DNA of 64,000 nt from Mustelus asterias (lineage: Eukaryota). The notes below the pieces were generated by a model. The model did no database searches. It was given only the letters and a program-made list of their open reading frames with translations, and had not been told where the DNA came from. The position numbers and the translations under genes were made by a program. The stretch spans positions 111,228,001-111,292,000 of the forward strand of contig NC_135808.1 of NCBI RefSeq assembly GCF_964213995.1, given 5' to 3'. Shown piece by piece: positions 10,101-21,744 of the stretch. Positions within the stretch are counted from its first letter, which is position 1; the number at the start of each line of letters is the position of its first letter.

Positions 10101-13100
10101 CGCTTCCTTTTTACTTTCTCCTCTTTCCTCTCTCAACCTGCCTGATTATTTGATACAGACCAGCCCTCCAGTGTGGCTGTTGTTAACCTGGTATCAATTA
10201 TAACAGTTTTCCAATCTCTTTGAAATGCTTTTATTCTTAATATGTTTTATAGGCATTTCAACTCAGGCTCTTTGGCTGCAGCTTTGGAAGGATTTGATTG
10301 GAACCAACCCTAAAGTAAGAACGGTAAGTTTATTGCACCCTGCCCTCTTTTCATAATTTTTATGCTCTCTGTTTTTTATGTGACGATTAATACATCTAGA
10401 AGTAGGGAATTCAACACAGCATTGTGATGTCGGGCAAATTTTGTAACAACATAGACTGCAACAAAAACTGCTGTTCTAATGATGGTTCGCACTAGCCTTT
10501 GCTTTTAGTTTTGCAATACATCCTGCTAAATCTAAAGAAATTTAAAGTGGATAAAGTAAAATTATTTTATTACTCAGCGATTAGTGGGTTAATGCATTAG
10601 TCTGTAGTCCTAACAAAGGTGAAGATGTTGTGGTGGACATCCTATTCATTTGACATTAATAGAAGTTCTTTAAAAAAAGTTAATATTTTGCAACAACTTT
10701 ATGGTTTACTTATGACACAATACTTTGCTGATCCTGTGCTAATTCTCCACAGTAATGCTGCTTCAACATTAACTGACAGGATCTGCTTGCTTGCAGTATA
10801 AATATTGTACCTATCAAGTCCAATGGTTGGGTGCTAAGGTGATTTCCCTTCCATATAGAAAGAAAGGACATTCACTTGTGCATTTCCTAGTAGTATCAGC
10901 ATGAGCATTGGCTCAAGTTGCTTGGGAAAGTGTTCCAGAGCATAGAGAAAACAGAATTCAAGATTCTTCTTAGGAATTCTTAAGTTAACTTTAAGAGCTG
11001 TCATCACGGGATGTAGTTGCTTTTGTGTACTGATCTGTCTTTTCTTTAATACCACAGGAACCTTTTAACTGGAGACAAAAATTCCTGCAAACGTTCTTTC
11101 ATGGTGTCTTATGGGGAACACTAGACATCTTGAATGACAGGCGTTTAATGAATTCTCGCTCTTCTGCCTTGGTACTGGGATCACGACATGTAAGCAAACT
11201 GGTCATACGCAACAAGCTCCAAGGAGTGAAAGAACTTGCTGAAAATCCAAGCATTTGTGCCCGTTTGACTTCCACAGTGCATAAGCTGGTGTTTCAACAT
11301 CTGCGTTCCGTGGATCCACTGTTAGAGCACTCGCTGTTAAAGCTGCTTCATAGCCTTGTTCACCATGGAGTTGTGAAGGAGGTGGCATTGTCACATTGGA
11401 ATGAACCCCATCCTGAATTATTGTCTCACATACTAAGGACGTGTGCAGGACTTTGGCATGAAGGGAAGAGGGAAGATGAGAGTACTTATTGTTGTGATGA
11501 GGGCAGATTAATGATGGGTGCTGAATCAATGGAGCCAACGGCTCAGAGTAATATATTAGATTGCTGCCGCCAACAAACTGAAAAGACTACGGACTGTACT
11601 TTACCTGATTGGACGTTTACTACTACTGAAAACAGTGGTGGTAAGAAACTCATGTCTCCAAGTGTTAACGTGCCTTCTGCTAACCTGATATCTCCAGGTG
11701 CATGTTCTGTAAATTCTGAAGATACAGCATGCGAGGAACTTTATTTGATGAATGGATCTAGTTGTTGTGAAACACATAGGATTTACCCCAAAAAGCGCAA
11801 ATCCGATGGCACAATGTGTGGAAGGCTGAGCAATCTTGATGTACACGCTGTTTCAGAAGTTCAGCCCTTTTCTGAAAGTCACAATATGGCTTTGGTAGAA
11901 CAAAATTCTTGTGCATCTAGCAGTCAGTTAGAGCAGAGGCCCACTGGCAAGACTTGTGAATCAAGCAATTGTTGTAATGGGCGGAAGCTTCTAAAGGGGC
12001 ACTTGTACCCTTATGCATGCAGCAGGGTTGCGAAAGAGCCTAAATGTCCTAATCTAGATCATGGTGGTTCTGAAGAAAAACCAAGTTATTCCCATGAAAC
12101 TGATGGCAGAACGTTTACCAAACCGTCATCATCCAGTGTAATCATTGGAACTTCAGAACAGCTAGTGTCTCATTGCGAGTTTACTAATGGTGCTGAAAAG
12201 ACAAGTGCTGCAATTGCAGAGGAAGGAACATACTCAAAAGCAATTGGGAGTTTTTCAGAAGGTCCTGGATCTCCTGGAATGATTTCTGGAGAATTTGAAT
12301 CAACAAATGTACAAAATAGAAAGTTGGAAGAATCATATCTTCTCAATTCAAGCATTTGGACCTCAGAAGGTCTGGTGTCGTGCTCTACAAACCAAAGAAC
12401 ATGTAAGAAGCCAAGACTCACTGACATGTTTAATGTCCAGTCAGCTGAAAAACCAAAGATTTCTGGTTCACCTGAAGCAATTGAGAAGCCAGAGGATATC
12501 TATGATTATATTTTCATGATAGGTGGAAATAAATCAGACACTGAGCAAGGCACGTCAGAAACTGATGAAAACATCCCATTGGAGGGTTTGAGTAACTCTG
12601 ATTTCTTTGGCCAAGAGCAAGTGGACAGCATACCTCTTTCTTGCTCTTCCGAGTTCTATCTGAGGAGTGTGTCGGTGCTGGAAATTACATCAGTCTCATT
12701 GTCATACAAGTCTTCCAGGATGCTCTGCAAGTTGCTCCGTTCATGGGTGTCCCTCCAGAAACTAGTCTTGGAATATAATGGTTAGTTGGTAAGGTTTGTG
12801 GAGATGATATAAAGTACTGCACAATTTGATTCTATAGTTACTCCAAAAGCAGCAGCTTGCAATACAACAACCTTTAGCATGAACTTTATTTAGCTGCATT
12901 ATGTTCAGCTCATAAAATGAAGGGTTCACCTAATCCTTATTTGTGTAACATTTAACAATGAGCAGAAAATCAAAAATTAGACACTTAAGTTTTGAGCACT
13001 TCACTGGAGGCTTTGCCTCTGACTTTTTTTATATAAAATCATTTACCATTTGCAATTATCTTGAAAGTATTATAAAACTGCCCACTTGTCAGAAATACTA

Positions 13101-16100
13101 TCAGGTTAATGTTCTCTGTAATTCACCTTTCATTTAATGTCTGGGGCTCGAGATTTTGATCTATGTTGACAAGTATTGTTGGTGTTTTAATAACGCAGTG
13201 AATGGTTTAATGAATGGCTCTTGCAACATTTTTGTTATTTCTTTAAATTAATTTCTATCCACACCGTTCCCCAGCCTAGATAGGATCAGCAAGTCGTCTG
13301 ATAGTAACTCTCAACATCCTCCTGACTAGCAAGTCAATTAAGGTTGGCTCGGCTGCAGAACTCTGCAAAAGTTTAAATTTGCCACCTGAGAAATCATGGT
13401 CATGCTTACTGCTTTACATGGGCAGCACTGGTTATATTCTCTTGTTGCTTCTGCTTTAAGGCCTGGGACCCGCCATCCTTCCAATTCTCAAGGAACTCTG
13501 TGTCCTGTCTCGATGCCGTGACAACAGTCTTTCCAGTCTTGTATTAAAAGATGATATCCTGCACCTTCCCATGATCAGGCTGATTAAATTCCTGCTCAGC
13601 AACTTCCCCCGCCTGCGCACATTCCACTTGGGTTTCCTGCTGGAAATACAAAATGAGTCCCTGGAAAACGAGTTGTTGATGACTGCTGCAGAGGTAACAG
13701 GTCAGAAATGCATTTTTATTGTATTTTTTTTAAGAAATGCATCAAATGAATCACCCTTATTCCAAGAGAAACATGCTCTGAAAGCTCTTGATTTATCATA
13801 GAAATCATAGAAACCCTACAGCACAGAAAGAGGCCATTCGGCCCATCGAGTCTGCACCGACCACAATCCCACCCAGGCCCTACCCCCATACCCCTACATA
13901 TTTTACCCACTAATCCCTCTAACCTACGCATCTCAGGATACTAAGGGCAATTTTAGCATGGCCAATCAACCTAACCCGCACACCTTTGGACTGTGGGAGG
14001 AAACCGGAGCACCCGGAGGAAACCCACGCAGACACGAGAATGTGCACACTCCACACAGACAGTGACCCAAGCCGGGAATCGAACCCAGGTCCCTGGAGCT
14101 GTGAAGCAGCAGTGCTAACCACTGTGCTACCGTGCCACACATCTTTGGTTTATCTTTAATTGGGCAGGAGAGATATGCCTATCATGTCTGTCCCACACAC
14201 ACTCTGTGGATTTCTGGTCAAGCTCCAGATGATTGGCAGGAAAGCTAGTGGAGTAGCAAGAATGTAATCCAGGTTGAAATCTATTTTTCTTAAAAACTAG
14301 TAGATGATTGATGATGGAGCTTCAGTTAACCCTCCCAGATAATGGTCATCCCAGCAATTACACATCTACGCTTTAACGTTTAATTAAAAATGGTTGATAA
14401 TTCTATTAAGATTTGGATGTTCACTTTGGAATTTTCTCATTGTTTGCTGCTGTGTTTTCTCAGATAGCTGTTTGGAGGATTTGAGTCTGAGTTGCACAGA
14501 CAAACCCCTACAAGTTGACTTGTTGCTGCCTGTTTTAAAACGATTGAAATTCCTCAGATGCCTGTGTCTGCACAGGGCATCATTTGGAGCTCCAGAGGAA
14601 CTTGGCAAACTGCTGTATGCGACTACATGTGGGTGATAACGTACACTGAAGGGATAAGTCTGTCAAATATATTTTTTAATTTTAATAAGATTTTGCATGA
14701 TTCCCTTGCCTTAAATAATCTGCCGTTTTACTTACAGCAAATGCGTACTGACAGAGGAACCCTGTAGATGCATGTAGAATTGTCGATCATAGAATCACTC
14801 TATGAAGAGGCCATTCGGCCCATCGAGTCTGCACCAATTGTCCAAAAGCTCATCTTACCCAACCCCCAGTCTATCCCCATAACCCCTTGCACTTACCATA
14901 GCTAATCCCCCTAACCTACACATCTTTGTACACTAAGGGGCAATTTAGCACAGCCAATCCGCTTAACCTGCACGTCTTTGGGCACTAAGTGGCAATTTAG
15001 CATGGCCAATCCACCTAACCCGCACATCTTTGGGCAGTGGGAGAAAACCGGAGAACCGGAGGAAACCCATTCAGACACGGGGAAAATGTGCAAACCCCAC
15101 ACAGATAGTTACCCAAGGTTGGAATCAAACTTGGGTCCCTGGCGCTGTGAGGCAGCAATACTAACCACCGTGTCCAATGTTTCCCAATAATTCTGTATTG
15201 ATTAAGTTAATTAATCTTTCTCCCTGACTGGATGACCCATTGTTTGGAGATCACAATGATTTTTCTGGTGCTTCTGATATTTTCCAGTGCAGTAGGGGAA
15301 GAGTCCAAATAGAGAAACCTTTGTTGATCTGACAACATTAAACCCCATATTAAAATGTTATCTATATTTGCAAAGCTGCATATCTAATGATGTGACAAAT
15401 CATTTTGTCTCCTAGACTTTCTCTCTGCATTAGATTGGGTTACCATGCAGGATGTGAATCTTGCTGTTTGCTTTAAGGAAGTTCTAGATCTTTTGCGAAG
15501 TGCTCCTTTTAAAGGTGAGAAAAAGCAAATATTGTAGCAATAGATTATATTGAGAGTTCATAAAACAATTAAAAATCAATAATGAATGCAATACAAGTGC
15601 CTCAAATCCAGTTGTCCATCAAGCAGAGGTGTCTGAAAACTGGACATTATTAGAATGTGCCACGCATCAATTTAAAACAAAAACCTGAACTTACCTGGAG
15701 AATTCACTAGATTGCACAGCGTGGCACCAGACTAGTTATCTGCTTTGCCACTTCCATGCCAGTCTATTTCTGAGCAACCCTTGACCCCACTCAACCCAGT
15801 TTTGACTGAACAGCCCACGGCCCGAATTGCCAGACCCAAAATCCAGTATGACCTTGGTCCTGATGTTTTGGAAGACTGCACTGGCATAAAATAATAAGTT
15901 GTCATTATCATCTGAAGTTGCAGGTTCTGCTGCAAGATGCATCTCAGAAGTCAGTCATCATCTTTTCTCATACCTTCACTTGAAGTGTAGGACTGGAATG
16001 TAGGAATTAGGTTCTCTGTGCCCCTGGTTTTTTTATCAAGGCCCTGCCTGCCTTTTCAGGTGTATGTAAAAAATCCATTGCACTATTTTAAGAAAAGCAA

Positions 16101-19100
16101 GGGCTTTCTTCCTGTATCATAGCCAGTGTCTCAGCCAACATCATCAAATCAATGATCACGTACTTCCAGTTGGATAACATTGCGTGCTGAAGTCTCACAA
16201 GGAACCAAATTAGGTCCTGTTATGTTTTTAGCCATCATGAGCAATGGCTGTATCAATATCCCCATACTTATTCGTCGCTATAAATAGGTGGAATATCTTG
16301 CCCTTCTGGTGTACCGTAATCAAGGTGACACATCTCACATGCAAGGGACATTCACTTCATTGAGCTAATGGGTGTTATATATTTAAAAGGGTTGCAGGTT
16401 GCATTAAGAGTTGATCACATGATTTAATGGTGATGTCATTAGGGTGTTTGCAGAGGCTACTGTTATATTTTCAGTTTGTACTCTACAGGCAAGACTTAGA
16501 ATACATCTGTTGCTGTTCGTTTGAATCTACCGTTGCCTCCTTCATACCTTTGGGAGTGGCCTAAAATGTCATGGCAACGATTACATGTAGATTTTGCTGA
16601 TCCATTTGTGAGTCCGTTTGAGGGTTACATATTCTTAGTCATAATTGATGCGCACTCAAGGTGGCCAGCAGTTGTTACAATGGATAACAGCAAATAACAT
16701 GAGTGTGACCACCCCCCCACCACCACCAAAAATGCAACACAGTGGAATTGTGTTTCATGTGCAACTGCTGATTCCCTTAACACCAACTTAAGACAATGCT
16801 GAGATTATGCTACAAGTGTGCATTAAGCTGTTAGGAACATACATTCAAAAGTGTTCTCAAAAGGAGGTGAAGTGCTTACAGAGAGAAAATGGAAGATCGC
16901 ACAAGCTATATCTACTTGAGCATTACAACCTAACTCTAACTCACTGTGTTTAACAATTACTTAAGACCCATTGTTGAATATGCGTCACAGGTTTGGAATG
17001 CTAGACTTACCAAAGAGCATGTAAACAAGCACAAAAGTGTTCTGAAACAAGTATTGAAACTGATTTTAAGTACCCAAGCTACTCTGACACAAGCAAAAAA
17101 CGGAATATTGTTCCCTTGCTGAAAGGTGCAAAAACCTTTGTCTAACCTTTGTTCGAAAATCTTGAATCCCACCTCCCATTGTCACAGTCTTTTGCCACAA
17201 CCATGCAAAAGTAAATGTACAATGGAATTAAGGAGAAAAGACACCATAAGATATAGAACGAATATAATACTTGACAGCCCAATTCCCTACCAGATAAAAC
17301 TCATAAATAGTATGCAAATGATTGAGAATTTGAGGAACTCAACCTGACAACATGTGATGTATGGACCTTAATGGTGGAGTAGACCTTTCAGTTTTATTCT
17401 GTAAATTAAGGAAACCTGCATTTTGCAAAGTATTGTAATTATTTATATATCAAAATGTTCATAGCTGTAGAATCCTTTGATCACGTTATACTTTTAAAAA
17501 TTTGAATTGTCTAACTGTCATGAATTATGATTACTTGTTTTATTTGTATCATCAAAATGCAGCACCTGCTGCTATGATGATTTTTCAATGAACCATTTTA
17601 TCTATTTAGCTAAATAGATCATCAGGTCATTATCTCAGTGCTGCGAGTGGCACCTTGTTGCGTGTAAATTAGCTGCTAAATTTCATTACAGTATTTACTA
17701 ACTTCAAACTACTCCATTGACCATAAAACATTTGGGACTTCTTGAGGTTGTGAATGGTACTATGTTAATGCAAATCCTTCCATTTATGTACTAACTTTGA
17801 GAAATTGTGAAAATGAATCTGCAATTTGACTCCATAGCAAAGGCTCTTGTTGCAATGACTAAGAAACGTCTTTTTCCACTTTACGTTCACAGGTTTAACA
17901 TTGAATAATTGTCGGTTGTTTGAAAGACAAGCAGCAGAAACTGTATCTAAAATTGTCACTGCTCTGAAGCAAAATCAGTCCCTCAAATTCCTATCTTTAC
18001 CAGCAAATCGATTAGGTTCGTACACCTCATTTTATTCTCACTCCACATTTAGTTGGTTGCGTTGCTCTGCTGTCATCAACCTGAAACAAAATGTATTATT
18101 GTCCCTGTATAAAATGGTATTCAGTCTCTCTCAACCATCATTCCCCAGCTGTGTTTATTGTACTTAAAACAGGAATTTATGCAGTCCATAAGTCTCCAAG
18201 CCTGTGAATATACATTCTTTCGAAACTCAATATGCAAATTTGTGTTTCCAAATTATATTTGTAGAAAAAAACATTCAAAACATCTGGAGTTGTGGCCATT
18301 CTTAATTAATAGCTTGTATATCACATGCTGTTCTTATCCTTACCAGGCAACGAAGGGCTGCTCTCATTGGCGAAACTCTTTACTGAGGATTCTTTATCAT
18401 GCATCTCTAGCCTGAACGTGAGGTAACCAATGTCTTTCTTTAATCCCTTTCTTCAACACGCACGCACGCGCACACACACACACGTCTGAAGTTTCCTATA
18501 ATTCCCTCTTTCCTACATCAACATCCAATTGGTTGCTTTGAGAGGTAGAGGACAGCTCAGGGTAACTGTTTCCAGTAAAAAAAAAGTGATTGGCTTCCAC
18601 GAACAGAGAAGTGACTGGCTTCCAGTTTGGTGAGACTAGCATTCCTGGTTGTGGAGGATGACAATTGTCAGTTGTGAATTTATGCAAAACTCTGCTGGCA
18701 CCCCACCATTCTATTTGGATTTAACTATCTTGAAGTAGCATATTATGGTTATAGGCAAAACCATCTCTTACGGTGTAACCTTTTCTAGCCCAACAGAGAT
18801 TTTTTAAATAATTGGCAAAAGAAGCAGAAGTGACATTTCCACACTGAGTGGTTAGGAATGCACTGCCTGAGAACATGGTGGAGGCACGTTCAATCGAGGC
18901 ATTCAAACGGGACTGTTATCTGAAAAGGAAGAATGTGCAGGGTTATGGCAAGAAAGCGGGAAATGGCAGTTGGTGAATTACTCATTTGGAGAACCGGTGC
19001 AGACACAAAGGGCTGAATGGCCTCCTACACTCTAACAATTCTGTGATTCTATAATGGTATTTATTATTTAATACACCTAACAAAATTAATTGTGCATTTT

Positions 19101-19377
19101 TAGTTGAGTTAAATCGCTATGTGATTTATTTTAAAGTGCAAATTGTATTCGAGGAGATGGATTACTCAAGTTTGCAAAGCTCCTTCTGACCTCTGAATCC
19201 AAACTCTCTGGTGGGCCGAAGCTAAAGGAACTAAACGTAAGCGAGAACCTGTTCTTCAGAGATCCTGCACTTACTCAGGAGGCACTTGAACTTTTCAAAA
19301 ACAAATGTCATGTAATCACAATACAGTCACTTACTGAGCCATTACAAGCATTTGCCGACCACATCAGTGTAATGTAG
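7060..19377 (+). CDS. LRRC41: Leucine-rich repeat-containing protein 41 (MUF1, Elongin BC-binding LRR protein); exons 7060-7177, 8237-8323, 10253-10323, 11058-12780, 13461-13700, 14464-14628, 15416-15514, 17893-18015, 18347-18422, 19137-19377; 980 aa
   Basis: All introns GT-AG; exon lengths sum to 2943 nt with consistent phases. BC-box-like VPTLFTVCAKNV, then LPTAILQELLQFLNIYDLERMEE, CRLFE...LSLPANRLGNEGLLSLA and C-terminal QAFADHISVM resemble recalled human LRRC41. Tail-to-tail with RAD54L as in human. Confidence 0.93.
7360..7665 (+). mobile_element. Second tRNA-derived SINE family (other copies 48800-49140 -, 59350-59555 -, 61350-61695 -)
   Basis: tagtttagtgg A box and gggttccaatcc B box, ggaatttgaattcaat core; 3' end resembles the CR1/L2-group LINE tail (gcccatgtcccac). 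Confidence 0.7.
8237..8323 (+). CDS. LRRC41: LRRC41 exon 2
   Basis: acacag|AT TTG CCA...AAG AAA G|gtaaaa; DLPTAILQELLQFLNIYDLERMEEVAVKK. Confidence 0.9.
8765..9338. mobile_element. Non-coding element with inverted arms of about 55 bp carrying decayed hammerhead-ribozyme cores (probably Penelope pLTR-derived)
   Basis: 8765-8822 is the reverse complement of 9283-9338; right arm reads ctgtc-TTGATGA-gtgcaagac-AAAA-agct-tc-aacag. Confidence 0.6.
10253..10323 (+). CDS. LRRC41: LRRC41 exon 3
   Basis: tatag|GC ATT TCA ACT CAG GCT CTT TGG...AGA ACG|gtaagt. Confidence 0.88.
11058..12780 (+). CDS. LRRC41: LRRC41 exon 4 (1723 nt)
   Basis: ccacag|GAA CCT TTT AAC TGG...TAT AAT G|gttagt; contains the 551-aa ORF 11130..12785. 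Confidence 0.93.
13461..13700 (+). CDS. LRRC41: LRRC41 exon 5
   Basis: tttaag|GC CTG GGA CCC...GTA ACA G|gtcaga; phase 1 is required by exon 6. Confidence 0.85.
13797..14140 (-). mobile_element. HE1-type tRNA-derived SINE, full length
   Basis: Minus strand shows A box GTAGCACAGTGG, B box GGTTCGATTCC, central TCTGCGTGGGTTTCCTCCGGGTGCTCCGGTTTCCTCCCACA domain and a (TTTCTATGA)n tail. Confidence 0.9.
14464..14628 (+). CDS. LRRC41: LRRC41 exon 6
   Basis: tctcag|AT AGC TGT TTG GAG GAT...ACT ACA T|gtgggt; LRR-like SCLEDLSLS, LRCLCLHRASF. Confidence 0.85.
14790..15175 (-). mobile_element. HE1-type SINE
   Basis: Same core, with duplicated cactaaggggcaatttagca unit. Confidence 0.85.
15416..15514 (+). 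CDS. LRRC41: LRRC41 exon 7
   Basis: tcctag|AC TTT CTC...TTT AAA G|gtgaga; MQDVNLAVCFKEVLDLL. Confidence 0.85.
16165..17345 (+). mobile_element. Ancient LINE fragment (L2/Crack/Daphne-like), split by the Gypsy remnant
   Basis: VSQGTKLGPVMFLA RT motif near 16195; after the insertion NNM...; YLRPIVEYASQVWNARLTK and SHCHSLLPQ. Confidence 0.65.
16373..16683 (+). mobile_element. Ty3/Gypsy LTR retrotransposon remnant (LTR-like piece joined to an integrase fragment)
   Basis: Begins TGTTAT; 16555-16683 encodes WPKMSWQRLHVDFADPF and FEGYIFLVIIDAHSRWPAVVTM, typical of the Gypsy rve N-terminus. Confidence 0.7.
17893..18015 (+). CDS. LRRC41: LRRC41 exon 8
   Basis: tcacag|GT TTA ACA TTG AAT AAT TGT CGG...CGA TTA G|gttcgt. 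Confidence 0.88.
18347..18422 (+). CDS. LRRC41: LRRC41 exon 9
   Basis: taccag|GC AAC GAA GGG CTG CTC...AAC GTG AG|gtaacc. Confidence 0.88.
19137..19377 (+). CDS. LRRC41: LRRC41 exon 10 (terminal coding exon)
   Basis: ttaaag|T GCA AAT TGT ATT CGA GGA GAT GGA...AGT GTA ATG TAG. Confidence 0.9.
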
Positions 19378-19812
19378 ACATTCCAATATGATGCACATCC
19401 AGAAGCCTCTTTGTTAACCATTATAAATTACCAGGTTCAGATGTCTTGGTTCTTTTATTTCATTTCTAACCAGAGCTGTTGATTATTGTAACTGGAGTGT
19501 CTCTGTTAATTTAGAAAAGTGAATGCAGCTCCAAGAGAATATTTCACCAATTATGTCCTTTGAAAGCTATCATTCCTTCTTGCTTGGTTGGTTTAGGATC
19601 CAAGCTGATCTAAAGCAATTACTCATGGATGGGCTACAAAAAGAGCCATGTCTTTGGACTCTGGTTCTCAATCTTAGTTAGAATTCACAGAGTGTAGCAC
19701 TTTGTGCTTAGTATTTTGTTTTCCTTTTTCTATTTTTTAAAAAACTAGGGGAGACATTCTTCTTTTGAGGAAGAATCCACAGCCCCTTCACAGCATGTTG
19801 GGCTGCATTGTT

Positions 19813-19818
19813 AATAAA
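19813..19818 (+). terminator. Candidate LRRC41 polyadenylation signal
   Basis: AATAAA about 435 nt after the stop, followed by T/GT-rich sequence. Confidence 0.5.
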
Positions 19819-19989
19819 TATGACTTTTTATGCTCTCCTAATATTGGTTTCTAATTAATATTTTTTAGTATTGTGATTGTTGTGAAGACTTGTCATTTTC
19901 ATAAAGTTCTTGCCTTAGCAAAGTGGTTTATTTTTCTTTTACACAAGTGATTTGAGATAATCTTTTGGTTTGGAGCACCCTAAGAAATT

Positions 19990-21385
19990 GTCTCAGCAAC
20001 GTATATCAGATAGATGATGGGCCGTATATGCAAAGACCTTCTACGTGGTGAATTGGGCACAACCTCCTGGGTTTCCAGGGACAAATAAAAGGGAAATATT
20101 GTATAAGTGAAAGAAAAATGCAAGAAAAACACATCCTAGTGAATGAGAGAGATACAAAGAATACCAGAGGGTGACAAAAAGTTACAAGGGGTATCAAATC
20201 AACACAATATTTCACCATTAGGGGAAAATAGGGTGGTCAGTAACAATATGGGCCCCTCAAACTGGTAAATGATATCTGAAAATAAGCAAATGGTCGGCAT
20301 GTTGAATAATTACATAGAATCATAGAATAGAATCCCGACAGTGCAGAAAGAGGCTATTCAGCCTATCACGCTTGCACTGTTAACAATCCTAATCCCCGGA
20401 ACCCAATGTATTTACGTTGCTCATCTCTGACACTAAAGGAGCATTTTAGCATGGGCAGTCAACGTAATCTGCACACATTTGGACTATGGGAGGAAACCAG
20501 AGCACCTGGAGGAAATCCACGTAGACACGAGGAGAATGTTTAGAGTTTGCACAATCACCCCAAGGCCGGAATTGAAGCCGGTGGCTCAGTAAGCACTGTA
20601 GATGAAAGCATAATATAAGAAAGATATTAATCTATTAAGTGAATGGGCAAACTTTGATTTCAGTATAGGTAAGCGTAAGGTAACTTTACATCTAAAATGG
20701 ATAGAACAAGATTACTTGTTAAATGGTGAAAAGATAGAGACACTGGTGGGAGGCAGGAGGACAGGTCATCTACATTGAGCATTAAGGAGTCATGAACAGG
20801 TATAAAAAATAATTAAAAGAGTTCCAGGTCTTTATACCTAGAGGTCTAAAATATAAAGGGATATAAGTCATGTTACACCTATACAAAGCCCTGGTACAGT
20901 TATCTGGAGTACTGTGAGTAGTTCTGAGCACCACATTTTGGAATATATGGGCCTTGGAGGGACGTCAGTATAGATTTGCCAGAGTGAAACCTGGACTCCG
21001 TGGATTAAATTAGGTGCGGAGATTACTCAAACTAAGGCTGTATTCTCTGGGCTTCAGAAATTGGTTATCTGATTAAAGTTTTCAAATTGTTAAGGAAATA
21101 GATATGAGGGAGAGAGAAACCATTTCCACTGGGTTGGGAAGTCTAGGATGGGAGGGCATAGTATAAAAATTGGACCCATAGCTTCCAGCAGCGTAATTAT
21201 GAAACACTTCATACAAGGGATGGGAGAAGTTTGGAACTTTCTTCAGCAAATGGCAATTGATGTTAGACCGATTATTAATTTTAAATTGGAGTTTCATAGA
21301 CTTTTGTTAATCAAAGTATTAAAGATTTTGGCAGGTATATGGCATTAGGGATTGAATGGTGGAACAGATTTGAAGGGCTAAATGA
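19990..21385 (+). mobile_element. Decayed CR1 LINE with a nested HE1 SINE (about 20315-20580)
   Basis: ctatacaaagccctgg...ctggagtactgtgagtagttctgagcacc and a CR1-type 3' UTR. Confidence 0.65.
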
Positions 21386-21744
21386 TGGAGAGAATGAGAC
21401 GAGGTTTGAGATTGTTGCCTGGACTGAGGAAAGTTTGGGTAGGCTTGCATTTTTTTCCCTTTGAAACAGAGCAGGCTCTAGAGAGACCTAATCTAAGTAC
21501 ATAAAGTTATAAGGAAGAGAGATCCTGGCCTTGTTTCACAGTCTGTAACATGGGGGCGTAGATATATGGTAAGAGGTCATAAGTTTAGAGGGGATTCAAG
21601 GGGAAATATTTTCACTCAAATTGGTGATGATCTGGCAGTCAGTGCCTGAGAGGGTGGCAGGGATCTCATTACATTTTAAAAAAAACTTAGATATGCACTT
21701 GGAAGCACTGTAACCTACAAGGTTAAAGATCACAAACTGAAGTT

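Larger units (their letters stand above)
15985..17785 (+). mobile_element. DeuSINE (SacSINE1/AmnSINE1-like) relic split into 15985-16150 and 17610-17785; other relics near 9600-9870, 26560-26900, 30560-30980, 33370-34075, 45290-45510, 56700-57085
   Basis: caggtgtatgtaaaaaatccattgcactatttta...gtaaattagctgc...acttcaaa...tttgggacttcttgaggttgtgaa matches my recollection of the Deu-domain and 3' region. Confidence 0.6.

Noticed and set aside
13919-14140. Recurring 60-110 aa ORFs such as MVSTAASQ...WSLHILP...SSGCSGFLPQSK at many positions
   Set aside because: All coincide with HE1 SINE copies and are not a gene family.
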